64,000 bases of DNA from Myxococcota bacterium (GTDB taxonomy: Bacteria > Myxococcota_A > UBA9160 > UBA6930). Where the stretch lies: the NCBI GenBank assembly GCA_965223705.1, contig OZ245015.1, positions 3,040,001 to 3,104,000 on the forward strand, in the 5' to 3' direction. Of the stretch, positions 53,054 to 61,594 are shown piece by piece. The notes beneath the pieces are model-generated. The model did not search any database, was not told the DNA's origin, and was given only the letters and a program-made list of their open reading frames with translations. Position numbers and translations under genes: made by a program. The first letter of the stretch is position 1. Each line of letters opens with the position of its first letter.

Positions 53054-55185
53054 CGACCGCCCGTCAGGTTCGAAACGCTGAACAGCCGGCGCACTTTCGA
53101 AGCCTTCATCTCGGGGACATGGATGTCGAAGCCCCACGTCACCATGCTGCGCATTTCCTGGAGATTCATCCCGATGCTCGAACGCCATTCCGTGACGGTC
53201 TCGGCGGGATCGTCGTTCGGCTTGCCGCCGGGCCAGTTGTAGATCGTGTAGAAGATCTTCAGCAACCGGTCGTTTCGATCGAAGATGACGTTCGCCGCGA
53301 CGTTGAACGTCTGCGCGTCGAAGAACGTGAGCTTGCGCCCGTACGGGTGCTTGTCGTAGAGCGGCCGCGACTCGACGACGTGGCAACGGCGCAGCTGCCA
53401 TTGATCGTTCGGGATGTGGCTCTGGGGGCCGAAGAACTTCGAGTGGGCGTGCTTCGAATCGGTCACGTAGAGCACGTCCTTCTGGCCGATGTACTTCCAG
53501 TCGTAGTCGAGAATCCGGCCCGAGAAGCCTTCGAAATCGTCCATCGTCATTTCGGACCCGACGAAGCTGTCCGAACGTTCCTTCGCCGACAAGCGCCGTA
53601 CGCGACGCTCGGTGGGGAGATAGGAATTCACCTGATCGGGCTCTCGCGGATCGCGGAATCGCTCGAAAACGAACGCCATCCCGCGCATGTCGAACGGTTC
53701 CGTGAACTGCATCCAGTCTTTGAAATGCTGCGCGTCGGCGTCGGCGACGTCGATGGCATAGTCGTCGAGAGACGCCACGTGGCTCAAATAGACGCGCTGG
53801 TACTGCACGACGAGCGTGCGCTCGACGTTGCCTCCGCCTTGCAAGACGTCCCGCTCGAGCCGACCGCGCGGATTGGCCTCTCCAGCGGCGATGTACGCCA
53901 TCGGGATCGAGTCGCTGCGATATCCGGTGAACTGCCAGCGGTAGACGTTGTTCCAAGCCGCCATGTAGCCGCCGTCCCGCGGCGAAGCGGAGACGATGCG
54001 GTCTTCGGAAAACGGACGGCCGGCCACGTAGTTCTGGATCGCTCCGTCGGCCGCGAGCTCGGTTTGTGGGCCGTACTGCAACGTGGCGTCGCGGAAGCTC
54101 GCGTGGGGCGCCAGGTCGAGCGTCGGTTGGATTTCAAGGACCACGTCGTCGAACACGAACTGCTCGTAGAATCCGGGCGGCACGAACGGGCGGATTTTTT
54201 CGATATCCGCGCGCCGGATGTAGTCACCAGCGCCAAATTGCGGCTGCGCGCCGCGGTTGCGTTTCACCCAGTCCAAGACGTCTGCGTACGTGTAACCCGA
54301 AGTTCCGGGGGCTCCGGCTGTCGGATCCGCCGTGGGGAGCGCGGCGACCTGCACGGGTTCCGGCGCCCGCTCCGACGCAGCGACCTGCACGGGTTCCGGC
54401 GCCCGCTCCGACGCGGCGACCTGCACGGGTTCCGGCGCCCGCTCCGACGCAGCGACCTGCACGGGTTCCGGCGCAGCGACCGGGGCGGGTACGGGAGCCG
54501 GCTCCGACACTGCCGCGACGGGCGCGGGCGACGGCTCGGGGGCCCGCACTTCCGGCGCCGGCGGCACTTCAACCTCGCGGGGAAGCGGGAGCGGCGGAGG
54601 CTCCGCGGCCGCGAGGGATTCCGGCTCGCGGGAAGGCGCGATCTGCTGTTGCGGCGTCGGTGAGGGCGCAGGGGGTGTCGCGTTTGCCTGAGGCGCCGCG
54701 CTCTTCCGGCTCGGGGCGGCGGCCACCTTGAACGTCAGGTCACCGCGCAGGTCCCGCGCGGCCTGCTTCAGAACGTCGCCGATCAGCAAGGCGACGCCTC
54801 GATCGGTTCGGACGAGTTTTGCGCCGCGCAGCTGGTTCGCGTCGAACCCCGCGTCCACCACCCAACGCACTTTGTCCGCGTGCTCCCCAAAGCGCAGCGC
54901 CCCGACTTCGGGCGTGCCGATCTGGAGGCGATGCGTCTTGAGGGCGCTCTTTGCGCCGTAGAAATCGACGACCAGACGGGGCGGATTGTCGAGGTGAAGC
55001 GGCGCTGTGTGGGACAGCTCGCCATCGAGCCAGACCTCGATCACGGTCCCGTTGGACCCGATCGTCGTCCGAACGGCCTCGAGCGTCGTCGCCCCGGCGG
55101 CCGGAGCGGTGCACAGGGCGCCGATGACGAGGGTGGCAAGGACGCGTCGAAGCTTGGCGACGAGCGCAGAGGGGGGGATCTGCAC
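53050..55185 (-). CDS. Exported AMIN domain + Pro/Ala-rich repeat linker + DUF1329 domain protein
   Basis: Signal peptide; LDNPPRLVVDF...LRFGEH..KVRWVVD (AMIN); NYVAGRPF, PFDMRG, YLPTERRVRRLS, FVGSEMTMDDF, HPYGRK (DUF1329-like). GTG at 55185 with a GGAGG RBS. Confidence 0.8.
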   Translation of the reverse strand: MQIPPSALVAKLRRVLATLVIGALCTAPAAGATTLEAVRTTIGSNGTVIEVWLDGELSHTAPLHLDNPPRLVVDFYGAKSALKTHRLQIGTPEVGALRFGEHADKVRWVVDAGFDANQLRGAKLVRTDRGVALLIGDVLKQAARDLRGDLTFKVAAAPSRKSAAPQANATPPAPSPTPQQQIAPSREPESLAAAEPPPLPLPREVEVPPAPEVRAPEPSPAPVAAVSEPAPVPAPVAAPEPVQVAASERAPEPVQVAASERAPEPVQVAASERAPEPVQVAALPTADPTAGAPGTSGYTYADVLDWVKRNRGAQPQFGAGDYIRRADIEKIRPFVPPGFYEQFVFDDVVLEIQPTLDLAPHASFRDATLQYGPQTELAADGAIQNYVAGRPFSEDRIVSASPRDGGYMAAWNNVYRWQFTGYRSDSIPMAYIAAGEANPRGRLERDVLQGGGNVERTLVVQYQRVYLSHVASLDDYAIDVADADAQHFKDWMQFTEPFDMRGMAFVFERFRDPREPDQVNSYLPTERRVRRLSAKERSDSFVGSEMTMDDFEGFSGRILDYDWKYIGQKDVLYVTDSKHAHSKFFGPQSHIPNDQWQLRRCHVVESRPLYDKHPYGRKLTFFDAQTFNVAANVIFDRNDRLLKIFYTIYNWPGGKPNDDPAETVTEWRSSIGMNLQEMRSMVTWGFDIHVPEMKASKVRRLFSVSNLTGGR
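54341..54474. repeat. Intragenic 36-bp tandem repeat (about 3.7 copies) encoding PEPVQVAASERA
   Basis: Unit gcRgcgacctgcacgggttccggcgcccgctccgac starts at 54341, 54377, 54413 and (partial) 54449. Units differ only at position 3, alternating G/A. Confidence 0.95.
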
Positions 55186-55348
55186 GAAAACCTCCGAGAT
55201 CACTGTCCCGATCGGGTTTGATCGCCGCACACACGCAGCTGTGCGTCGATCGATCACCCGTTTCGGGCGCGTCGAGGGTAGCATTGGCGACCGGTGCAGA
55301 GAGAACTGAACCGATCGCCTCTTAGAAAAGCGCAAGGAGAAGCACGCA

Positions 55349-55804
55349 ATGGCGGGAAAATACTTCGAAGAACTCGAGATCGGGTCAATTTACCAACATG
55401 AGCCCGGAAGAACGGTCATGGAGGCAGACAACCTCCTGTTTACGACCATGTCCATGAATCCCCAGCCGCTCCACCTCGATGCGGAGTTCGCCGGGAAAGC
55501 ACAGTTCGGTCAGATCCTCGTCAATAGCTGCTTCACCTTGAGCGTGGTGGTCGGCCTTTCCGTCGGTGAGCTCACCCTCGGTACGACCGTCGGCAACCTG
55601 GGCTTCGACGAAGTGCGTTTTCCAAACCCGGTTTTCATCGGCGACACGATTCGCGTCGAGACCGAGATCACGGCGAAGCGCGAATCCAAGTCCCGTCCCC
55701 AGTGGGGCATCGTGACCTTCCTACACCGGGGGACGAACCAGCGCGACGAGATCGTCTGTACCTGCGTGCGCAACGGCATGATGTTGCGCCAGCCCGAGGC
55801 CTAG
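55349..55804 (+). CDS. MaoC family dehydratase
   Basis: GKYFEEL, GRTVMEADN, NPQPLHLD, NLGF, PVFIGDT. Confidence 0.92.
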   Translation: MAGKYFEELEIGSIYQHEPGRTVMEADNLLFTTMSMNPQPLHLDAEFAGKAQFGQILVNSCFTLSVVVGLSVGELTLGTTVGNLGFDEVRFPNPVFIGDTIRVETEITAKRESKSRPQWGIVTFLHRGTNQRDEIVCTCVRNGMMLRQPEA

Positions 55805-55805
55805 C

Positions 55806-56699
55806 ATGACCCTGCGCCGCTCCTGCCATTTCGTTCCCGGAGCGAACGAAAGAATGCTCCTGAAATCGATCGACGGTGCCGCCGACTCGTTGGTGCTCGA
55901 TCTCGAAGACGCGGTCACCCCCGACAACAAAGCGTCGGCGCGCGCGACCGTCGCCGGCTGGCTTCGCGATGCGGATTTCCGCGGCAAGGAACGCGTGGTG
56001 CGGATGAACCCGATCGGCACCGAGTGGGGACGTGCCGACGTCGAAGAGACGATGGTCGACCCGCCGGACGCTTATCTCGTCCCCAAGGTGAACAGCGCGG
56101 ACGAGCTCCACGAACTCGACCGGCGGATCCTCGCCGAAGAGCAGCGTTACGGGCATCGCGCTCGCAGTGTTTCGCTTCTCGTCCTCGGGACCGAGACGCC
56201 CTTGGGAACCTTGAACATCCGCCAGCTGCCGTTTTGCCCTCGCGTCGACGCGCTCACCTGGGGTGCGGAAGACTTGTCGGCGGCGATCGGCGCGCGTCGC
56301 AACCGCGACGCGTCGGGCGCCTACCTCGATGTGTTCGCGTACGGCCGGGTGATGACCCTGCTCGCCGCGACGGCCGCGCGGGTACAACCGCTCGACACCG
56401 TATTCGTCGATTTCCGAAACCTCGAAGGTCTGGCCAACGAGTGCGACGAGGCCGCGGCCGTTGGCTTCACCGGGAAGATGACGATCCACCCGACCCAGAT
56501 CGATGTCGTGAATCGAGCGTTCAGCCCCAGCGACGAAGAAATCGCCGAGAGTCGCGAGCTTCTCGAGCTCGCGGAAGAGAAGCGTGCCGAGGGACTGCAG
56601 GCGTTTACGTTCCGAGGCCAAATGGTCGACGTGCCACACATCGCGCGGGCCGAGCGAACGCTGGCTTTTGCCGAGGAGCTGAAGAAGCTGGGGGCTTAG
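55806..56699 (+). CDS. CitE/malyl-CoA lyase-like CoA ester lyase
   Basis: RSCHFVPG, LDLEDAV, VRMN, PKV, ETP, GAEDL, GFTGKMTIHPTQ, GQMVD. Confidence 0.9.
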   Translation: MTLRRSCHFVPGANERMLLKSIDGAADSLVLDLEDAVTPDNKASARATVAGWLRDADFRGKERVVRMNPIGTEWGRADVEETMVDPPDAYLVPKVNSADELHELDRRILAEEQRYGHRARSVSLLVLGTETPLGTLNIRQLPFCPRVDALTWGAEDLSAAIGARRNRDASGAYLDVFAYGRVMTLLAATAARVQPLDTVFVDFRNLEGLANECDEAAAVGFTGKMTIHPTQIDVVNRAFSPSDEEIAESRELLELAEEKRAEGLQAFTFRGQMVDVPHIARAERTLAFAEELKKLGA

Positions 56700-56727
56700 C
56701 GGGCCGCTGCGCGTTGGACCGAGGTCG

Positions 56728-56844
56728 GGCCGGGGCAGGTGGGGCACCGTGCTCAAACATCCTCGCGCCGGCGAGGCAACCAGGTCGCTTCGGACGAGTT
56801 AGCGGCGCTGCGGAACTGCGCGCGGTGCCCCACCTGCCCCGGCC
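56728..56844. repeat. Intergenic 22-bp perfect inverted repeat enclosing two internal hairpins
   Basis: ggccggggcaggtggggcaccg (56728-56749) is the exact reverse complement of cggtgccccacctgccccggcc (56823-56844). Internal stems at 56761-56776 and 56784-56806. Confidence 0.85.
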
Positions 56845-56873
56845 TCGCGACGCCCTGCTCACCCCGGGGATTT

Positions 56874-57566
56874 CTATGGCACGCGGAGGGACAGGCGGGT
56901 CAACGCGATGTTTCCCGAGAAGCACACGTCGACGTCGCTTCCCGCCTCGCGCGGACGCCCGTGGTAGTCGCCGTCCCACTCGAATTGCTGGTCGCTCCGC
57001 CGGTAGCGAACGAGCATCGGACTCGGATCGAGCGGCGCTTCGACGATGGCGCAGTCTTCGCTCGGGTCCTCGGGATGCGGGAGATTGGCGTTCCAATACG
57101 CGTGCGCGTCCTGGCGCCGCTCGAGCACCGCTTCGATCACGCGAGCGGCTCGGCGCGCGGTGGCTTCCCAGTCGAGCGCAAGCCCCCGGGCGATGTACTG
57201 CGAGACGGCCAGCGCGGGATAGCCGAGGAGCGCCGCCTCGCGAGTCGCCGCGAGGGTCCCGGACGTGTACGCGTCGGCGCCCAGGTTCCCGCCGGCGTTG
57301 ATGCCCGAAACAACCCAGTCCGCGTCCGGTGCGATTTCGAGTAGCGCGACCCGGGCGCAATCCGCGGGTGTCCCGGACAGCGAATACCGATCGACGCCGT
57401 GCTCGCGAAGTTCGAGCGGTTGTTTCGTCGTCACGGCGTGACCGACCCCGCTTTGCGGCCCGTGCGGCGCGACCATGACGACGCGCCCGAACTCCGCACA
57501 GACCCGCACGAGCGCCTGCATCCCCGGGGCGTCGAAACCGTCATCGTTCGTAACCAGGATCTTCAT
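56874..57566 (-). CDS. surE: 5'/3'-nucleotidase SurE
   Basis: MKILVTNDDG, VAP..PQSG, GTPADC, SGINAGGNLG, SGT.AA.EA. Confidence 0.92.
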   Translation of the reverse strand: MKILVTNDDGFDAPGMQALVRVCAEFGRVVMVAPHGPQSGVGHAVTTKQPLELREHGVDRYSLSGTPADCARVALLEIAPDADWVVSGINAGGNLGADAYTSGTLAATREAALLGYPALAVSQYIARGLALDWEATARRAARVIEAVLERRQDAHAYWNANLPHPEDPSEDCAIVEAPLDPSPMLVRYRRSDQQFEWDGDYHGRPREAGSDVDVCFSGNIALTRLSLRVP

Positions 57567-57671
57567 GCGTGCGGACCTGAGCGTCGCCAAACGTCGGGAT
57601 TCCGCAAGCGCGGGGCGGTTTGGTCGGGGCCCATCGCTTCGTGCATACTGAGCCGCCGTGGAGAACACGCC

Positions 57672-58436
57672 ATGAACCGACGACTCGACGACAAAGGGAT
57701 CTTGATCACGGGGGCCGGGAGCGGCATCGGCCGCGCGACAGCCCTCTGCTGTGCGAATCACGGCGCGCGCCTGGCCTTAGCGGATATCGACACGGCGGGA
57801 TGTGAGGAGACCTGTTCGCAGGTTGCAGCCGCCGGCGGAACCGCGACGGCGCTTCGCGTGGATGTCTCAGACGGTGCGAGTGTCGAGGCGATGGTGCGCG
57901 ACGCGGAAAAAGCGCTCGGCTCCCTCGACGGCGCCTTCAACAACGCGGGCGTCGAGGGCCAGTCGACGCGCCGGATCACGGACTGGGACGAGGAAGCCTT
58001 CGATCGGACCATCGCCATCAACCTGAAGGGCGTCTGGCTCTGCATGAAGTTCGAGATCGACGCCATGCGAAAGAGCGGCGGCGGATCGATCGTGAATACC
58101 GCCTCCGTCGCCGGATTGATTGCTCTGAAGGGTGGCGGTGCCTACGCCGCGAGCAAACACGGTGTCGTCGGGCTCGGAAAGACGGCGGCGCTCGAGTTCT
58201 CCGCGAAAGGTGTTCGCGTGAACACCGTCTGTCCCGGGGTAATCGAAACGCCGATGGTCGGCCGGCTGCTCGATGACGCCGGCATCTCGACGGATTTCTT
58301 CGTCCAGAAGGAGCCGATCGGACGCTTGGGTCGACCCAGCGAGATCGGAGATGCCGTCGCCTGGCTGCTCTCCGAAGACGCGTCTTTCGTCACCGGTGTC
58401 GCCCTGCCCGTCGACGGCGGCATGGTGGCCGAGTAG
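57672..58436 (+). CDS. SDR oxidoreductase (copy 1)
   Basis: TGAGSGIG, NNAG, YAASK, VCPG.I.T, VDGG. Confidence 0.93.
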   Translation: MNRRLDDKGILITGAGSGIGRATALCCANHGARLALADIDTAGCEETCSQVAAAGGTATALRVDVSDGASVEAMVRDAEKALGSLDGAFNNAGVEGQSTRRITDWDEEAFDRTIAINLKGVWLCMKFEIDAMRKSGGGSIVNTASVAGLIALKGGGAYAASKHGVVGLGKTAALEFSAKGVRVNTVCPGVIETPMVGRLLDDAGISTDFFVQKEPIGRLGRPSEIGDAVAWLLSEDASFVTGVALPVDGGMVAE

Positions 58437-58445
58437 GAAAACGCT

Positions 58446-59225
58446 GTGACACAGAAACATGACATGGTCCGGGGACTGATCGACAAAACCATTCTCATCA
58501 CCGGAGCTGCCGGGGGAATCGGACGGGCCACGGCCCTTTGCTGCGCGAGCGCCGGCGCTTCATTGATGTTGTCCGACGTAAACGCCGACGGTTGCGGTGA
58601 GACCGCCGAGCGCGCAACCGAGCTCGGCGCGACGGTCCACACCGCGGCCTGCGATGTGAGCCAGGCAGCATCGGTCGAAAAGCTCGTCGCGGATACCGTC
58701 GCCCGCTTCGGGCGAATCGACGGCGCGTTCAACAACGCCGGTGTCGAAGGCGACACGGCGAACACGGTGCGCTGGACCGAGGAGGCCTTCGACCGGACGA
58801 TCGCGATCAATCTCAAGGGTGTCTGGTTGTGCATGAAGTACCAGATCCCCGCGATGCTCGCGTCTGGCGGCGGCTCGATCGTGAACACCGCGTCGGCCGC
58901 GGGACTGGTCGGGAGTCGCGGTCTCTCCGGTTATGCGGCGAGCAAGCACGGGGTCGTCGGGCTCTCGAAAGTCGCGGCCGTCGAGTTCTCGCGTAAAGGC
59001 GTCCGGGTCAATGCGGTGTGTCCGGGCATGATCGACACGCCGATGCTCGACCGTCTGCTCTCATTCGTGAAGGTCCCGAAAGAGACGACCCTCCTCCAGC
59101 AGCCCATCGGTCGTTTCGGCGAACCCGAAGAGATCGGCGAAGCCGTGGCGTGGTTGCTGTCCGACGCCGCTTCGCTCGTCACGGGCGTCGCGATGCCCGT
59201 CGACGGTGGCATGACTGCCCAGTGA
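58446..59225 (+). CDS. SDR oxidoreductase (copy 2, tandem paralog)
   Basis: TGAAGGIG, NNAG, YAASK; long stretches identical to copy 1. Confidence 0.93.
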   Translation: MTQKHDMVRGLIDKTILITGAAGGIGRATALCCASAGASLMLSDVNADGCGETAERATELGATVHTAACDVSQAASVEKLVADTVARFGRIDGAFNNAGVEGDTANTVRWTEEAFDRTIAINLKGVWLCMKYQIPAMLASGGGSIVNTASAAGLVGSRGLSGYAASKHGVVGLSKVAAVEFSRKGVRVNAVCPGMIDTPMLDRLLSFVKVPKETTLLQQPIGRFGEPEEIGEAVAWLLSDAASLVTGVAMPVDGGMTAQ

Positions 59226-60427
59226 CGGACACTCCGGCGCTCGAGGGAATCCGTGTCCTCGACCTCGCAACGTTCATTTCGGCGGGTTTTTGCGGAACGA
59301 TTCTCGCCGAGTTCGGCGCCGAGGTGATCAAGGTCGAGCAACCCGGAGTCGGCGATCCGCTCCGCAAGTTCGGCACCGAGACGCCGGCTGGGGACTCGCT
59401 CGTCTGGCTCACGGAGGCGCGCAACAAGAAGTCGATCACCATCGACCTGCGCCGCGAGGAAGGCGCGCAGCTTCTCAAGCGCCTCGTCGAAAAATCGGAC
59501 GTTCTGCTCGAGAATTTTCGACCGGGCACGCTCGAGCGTTGGGGGCTCGGCTGGGACGACATCAGGACCGTCAACCCCGGCCTGGTCATGCTTCGAATCA
59601 GCGGTTACGGGCAGACGGGACCGAAAGCCGCCGAACCGGGATTCGCCCGCATCGCCCACGCCTTTAGCGGCTTGTCCTACCTCGCCGGAACCCCGGAGAG
59701 CGGACCACTCATGCCCGGTTCGACGAGCCTGGCCGACTACGCATCCGGAACCTACGGCGCCCTCGGCGTATTGCTGGCGCTCCGGGCGAAGGAGCGGAGT
59801 GGACGTGGCCAATACATCGACCTCGCTCTCTACGAGCCGACCTTTCGCTATCTGGACGAGATGGCATCGGCCTACGCCTACAACGGGACCGTACGCGAGC
59901 GGATGGGCGCCGATACCGTCAACGTCGTACCCCACAGCCACTACGCGACGCGCGACCACAAGTGGGTCGCCATTGCGTGCACCAGCGACAAGATGTTTGC
60001 GCGACTCGCCGAAGCGATGGAGACGCCAGGGCTCGCGGACCCCGATCGATGGGGAAAGGTCGCCACCCGACTCGCCGCGCGGGAGGAAGTCAACCGCGTG
60101 GTCTCGGATTGGACGGGGAGCCTGACGCAAGACGAAGTGCTCGCTCGGTGCCGCAAGGCCTCGGTACCCGCCGGTCCCATCCACTCCGTTGCAGACATCT
60201 TCGAGGACGCCCACTACGCAGAACGCGGCAACCTCGTGCCGATGGCAGACGAACGCTTACCGGAGCCCGTGATCACGCCGTCCGTCGTTCCCCGACTTTC
60301 GGAAACGCCGGGTGAAATCCATCACCTGGGGCCCAGTCTCGGCGAACATTGCGAGGAAATTCTCGAAGGGCTCTTGGGGTTGTCCGCCGAGAAGGTTCGC
60401 GAACTGCGCGAACAGCGCGTTATCTGA
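59222..60427 (+). CDS. Class III CoA transferase (CaiB/BaiF family)
   Basis: LEGIRVLDL, GAEVIKVE, RNKKSITIDL, ENFRPG, ISGYGQTGP, LADY; GTG overlaps the upstream TGA. Confidence 0.93.
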   Translation: MTDTPALEGIRVLDLATFISAGFCGTILAEFGAEVIKVEQPGVGDPLRKFGTETPAGDSLVWLTEARNKKSITIDLRREEGAQLLKRLVEKSDVLLENFRPGTLERWGLGWDDIRTVNPGLVMLRISGYGQTGPKAAEPGFARIAHAFSGLSYLAGTPESGPLMPGSTSLADYASGTYGALGVLLALRAKERSGRGQYIDLALYEPTFRYLDEMASAYAYNGTVRERMGADTVNVVPHSHYATRDHKWVAIACTSDKMFARLAEAMETPGLADPDRWGKVATRLAAREEVNRVVSDWTGSLTQDEVLARCRKASVPAGPIHSVADIFEDAHYAERGNLVPMADERLPEPVITPSVVPRLSETPGEIHHLGPSLGEHCEEILEGLLGLSAEKVRELREQRVI

Positions 60428-60953
60428 TCGCTCGAGCCTCGGGGCGCGAGTGGAGCGACACCCACGACATCTCGGGATCGGCAGATTCCGGTAGCAACCG
60501 GTCTCCGGCTTGCACGTCGAGTTCGATCCAGCAGAGCTCTTCGGCGGCGCGCGCAATTCCGAATGCGTCGGGAAGCCCTCGTCGCATCTTCACCTTGTGA
60601 GTCGCTGCCTCGCGCGGCACCACCCGCAAGAAACGACGCAGCGCCTTCCCCACCGCCACGGGATTCCGCTCGGCGCGGACCAGGGCGTTGCAACGGGTGC
60701 CGCGAAGCAGGAGTTCCACACACTGCGATGATTCGAGCTCTTTGGTCCACTGCGTCGGCGGAAAGATATCGAGATAGGGCCCGCGCGGTGCGTAGCTCAC
60801 CGGGACCTCCTCGGGCTTTCCCGCACCGAGTGGCGCTACGCGAAGAACCAGCACCGAACTCGAGAGCAGCGGGTGAAACCGCGACTTCAAGATCCGCGAG
60901 ATGATCGGATGGAGTATCCGAGTTCGGAGGCGTGCGATCGGTCGACTCATCAA
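60420..60953 (-). CDS. Hypothetical protein, divergent deazaflavin-dependent nitroreductase (DDN/DUF385)-like
   Basis: PII..IL.S..H.LLS..VLVL...GK...VPVSY...W...L...V.LLLRG layout of the family; the TGRKSG motif is degenerate (APLGAG). Confidence 0.5.
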   Translation of the reverse strand: MMSRPIARLRTRILHPIISRILKSRFHPLLSSSVLVLRVAPLGAGKPEEVPVSYAPRGPYLDIFPPTQWTKELESSQCVELLLRGTRCNALVRAERNPVAVGKALRRFLRVVPREAATHKVKMRRGLPDAFGIARAAEELCWIELDVQAGDRLLPESADPEMSWVSLHSRPEARAIR

Positions 60954-61594
60954 TCGAGATCGTTAACGAAGTCCACCGTGCACTCAACGGCTCTTTCGAG
61001 ATGTGCCGAAAACGTCTCTCCCGAGCGTTTTCGTGGCTTGAAAGAGTGGTCTCCATCCAACAACCACAGAAACTCGATCCGCGATGACAAGCGCAACGCG
61101 TCGACTTCCTCTCGCGAACCCAACGCATCCCGAGTGCCCTGGATAATCAATGTCCGCGTGCGCAGATCTTCCAAGTGTGTCGTTCGCAACACAGCGGGTT
61201 TACCGGGCGGATGGAAGGGGTAACCGAAGCACACGAGGCCGCGTGCACCGACCTCGTCCGCAATCATGCTCGCGATGCGGCCCCCCATCGACTTGCCCGC
61301 GATCACCCAACGCGACCCGCCCCCGAGATGTTGGATCACACTGCGCCAGGTCGCCTCGAGTACGGGCGTTCGGTCGGGCCCCCTCCGCCTGGCGTCGGCG
61401 CGGCGCTTCTGCATATAGGGAAATTCGAAGCGCACCACGCGAAGGTCGCGTTGCGCGAGCCCGTCGGTCAGCACTTGCAGAAAGAAATCAGTCACCGGCG
61501 CGCCCGCACCGTGGGTCAGGATCACGCCGTGGTCCGCTTGCTCTGGCCCGTCGAAATAGAGCTTCGGAAGCGGCGGTTCCGACGCGTCGCTCAC
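60950..61594 (-). CDS. Alpha/beta hydrolase (KANL3/Tex30-like)
   Basis: LTHGAGA, VRFEFPYM, GKSMGGR, GYPFHPPGK, QGTRD, GDHSF; GTG start at 61594. Confidence 0.88.
   Translation of the reverse strand: MSDASEPPLPKLYFDGPEQADHGVILTHGAGAPVTDFFLQVLTDGLAQRDLRVVRFEFPYMQKRRADARRRGPDRTPVLEATWRSVIQHLGGGSRWVIAGKSMGGRIASMIADEVGARGLVCFGYPFHPPGKPAVLRTTHLEDLRTRTLIIQGTRDALGSREEVDALRLSSRIEFLWLLDGDHSFKPRKRSGETFSAHLERAVECTVDFVNDLD

Noticed and set aside
54341..54474. CRISPR array (36-bp repeats)
   Set aside because: Repeats are head-to-tail with no spacers, lie in frame within a CDS, and no cas genes are present.
56720..56855. SRP RNA, 6S RNA or hammerhead ribozyme
   Set aside because: No SRP domain IV motif (CAGG...GGAAG..GCAG), no CUGANGA/GAAA hammerhead core on either strand, and neither the architecture nor the gene context of 6S RNA.
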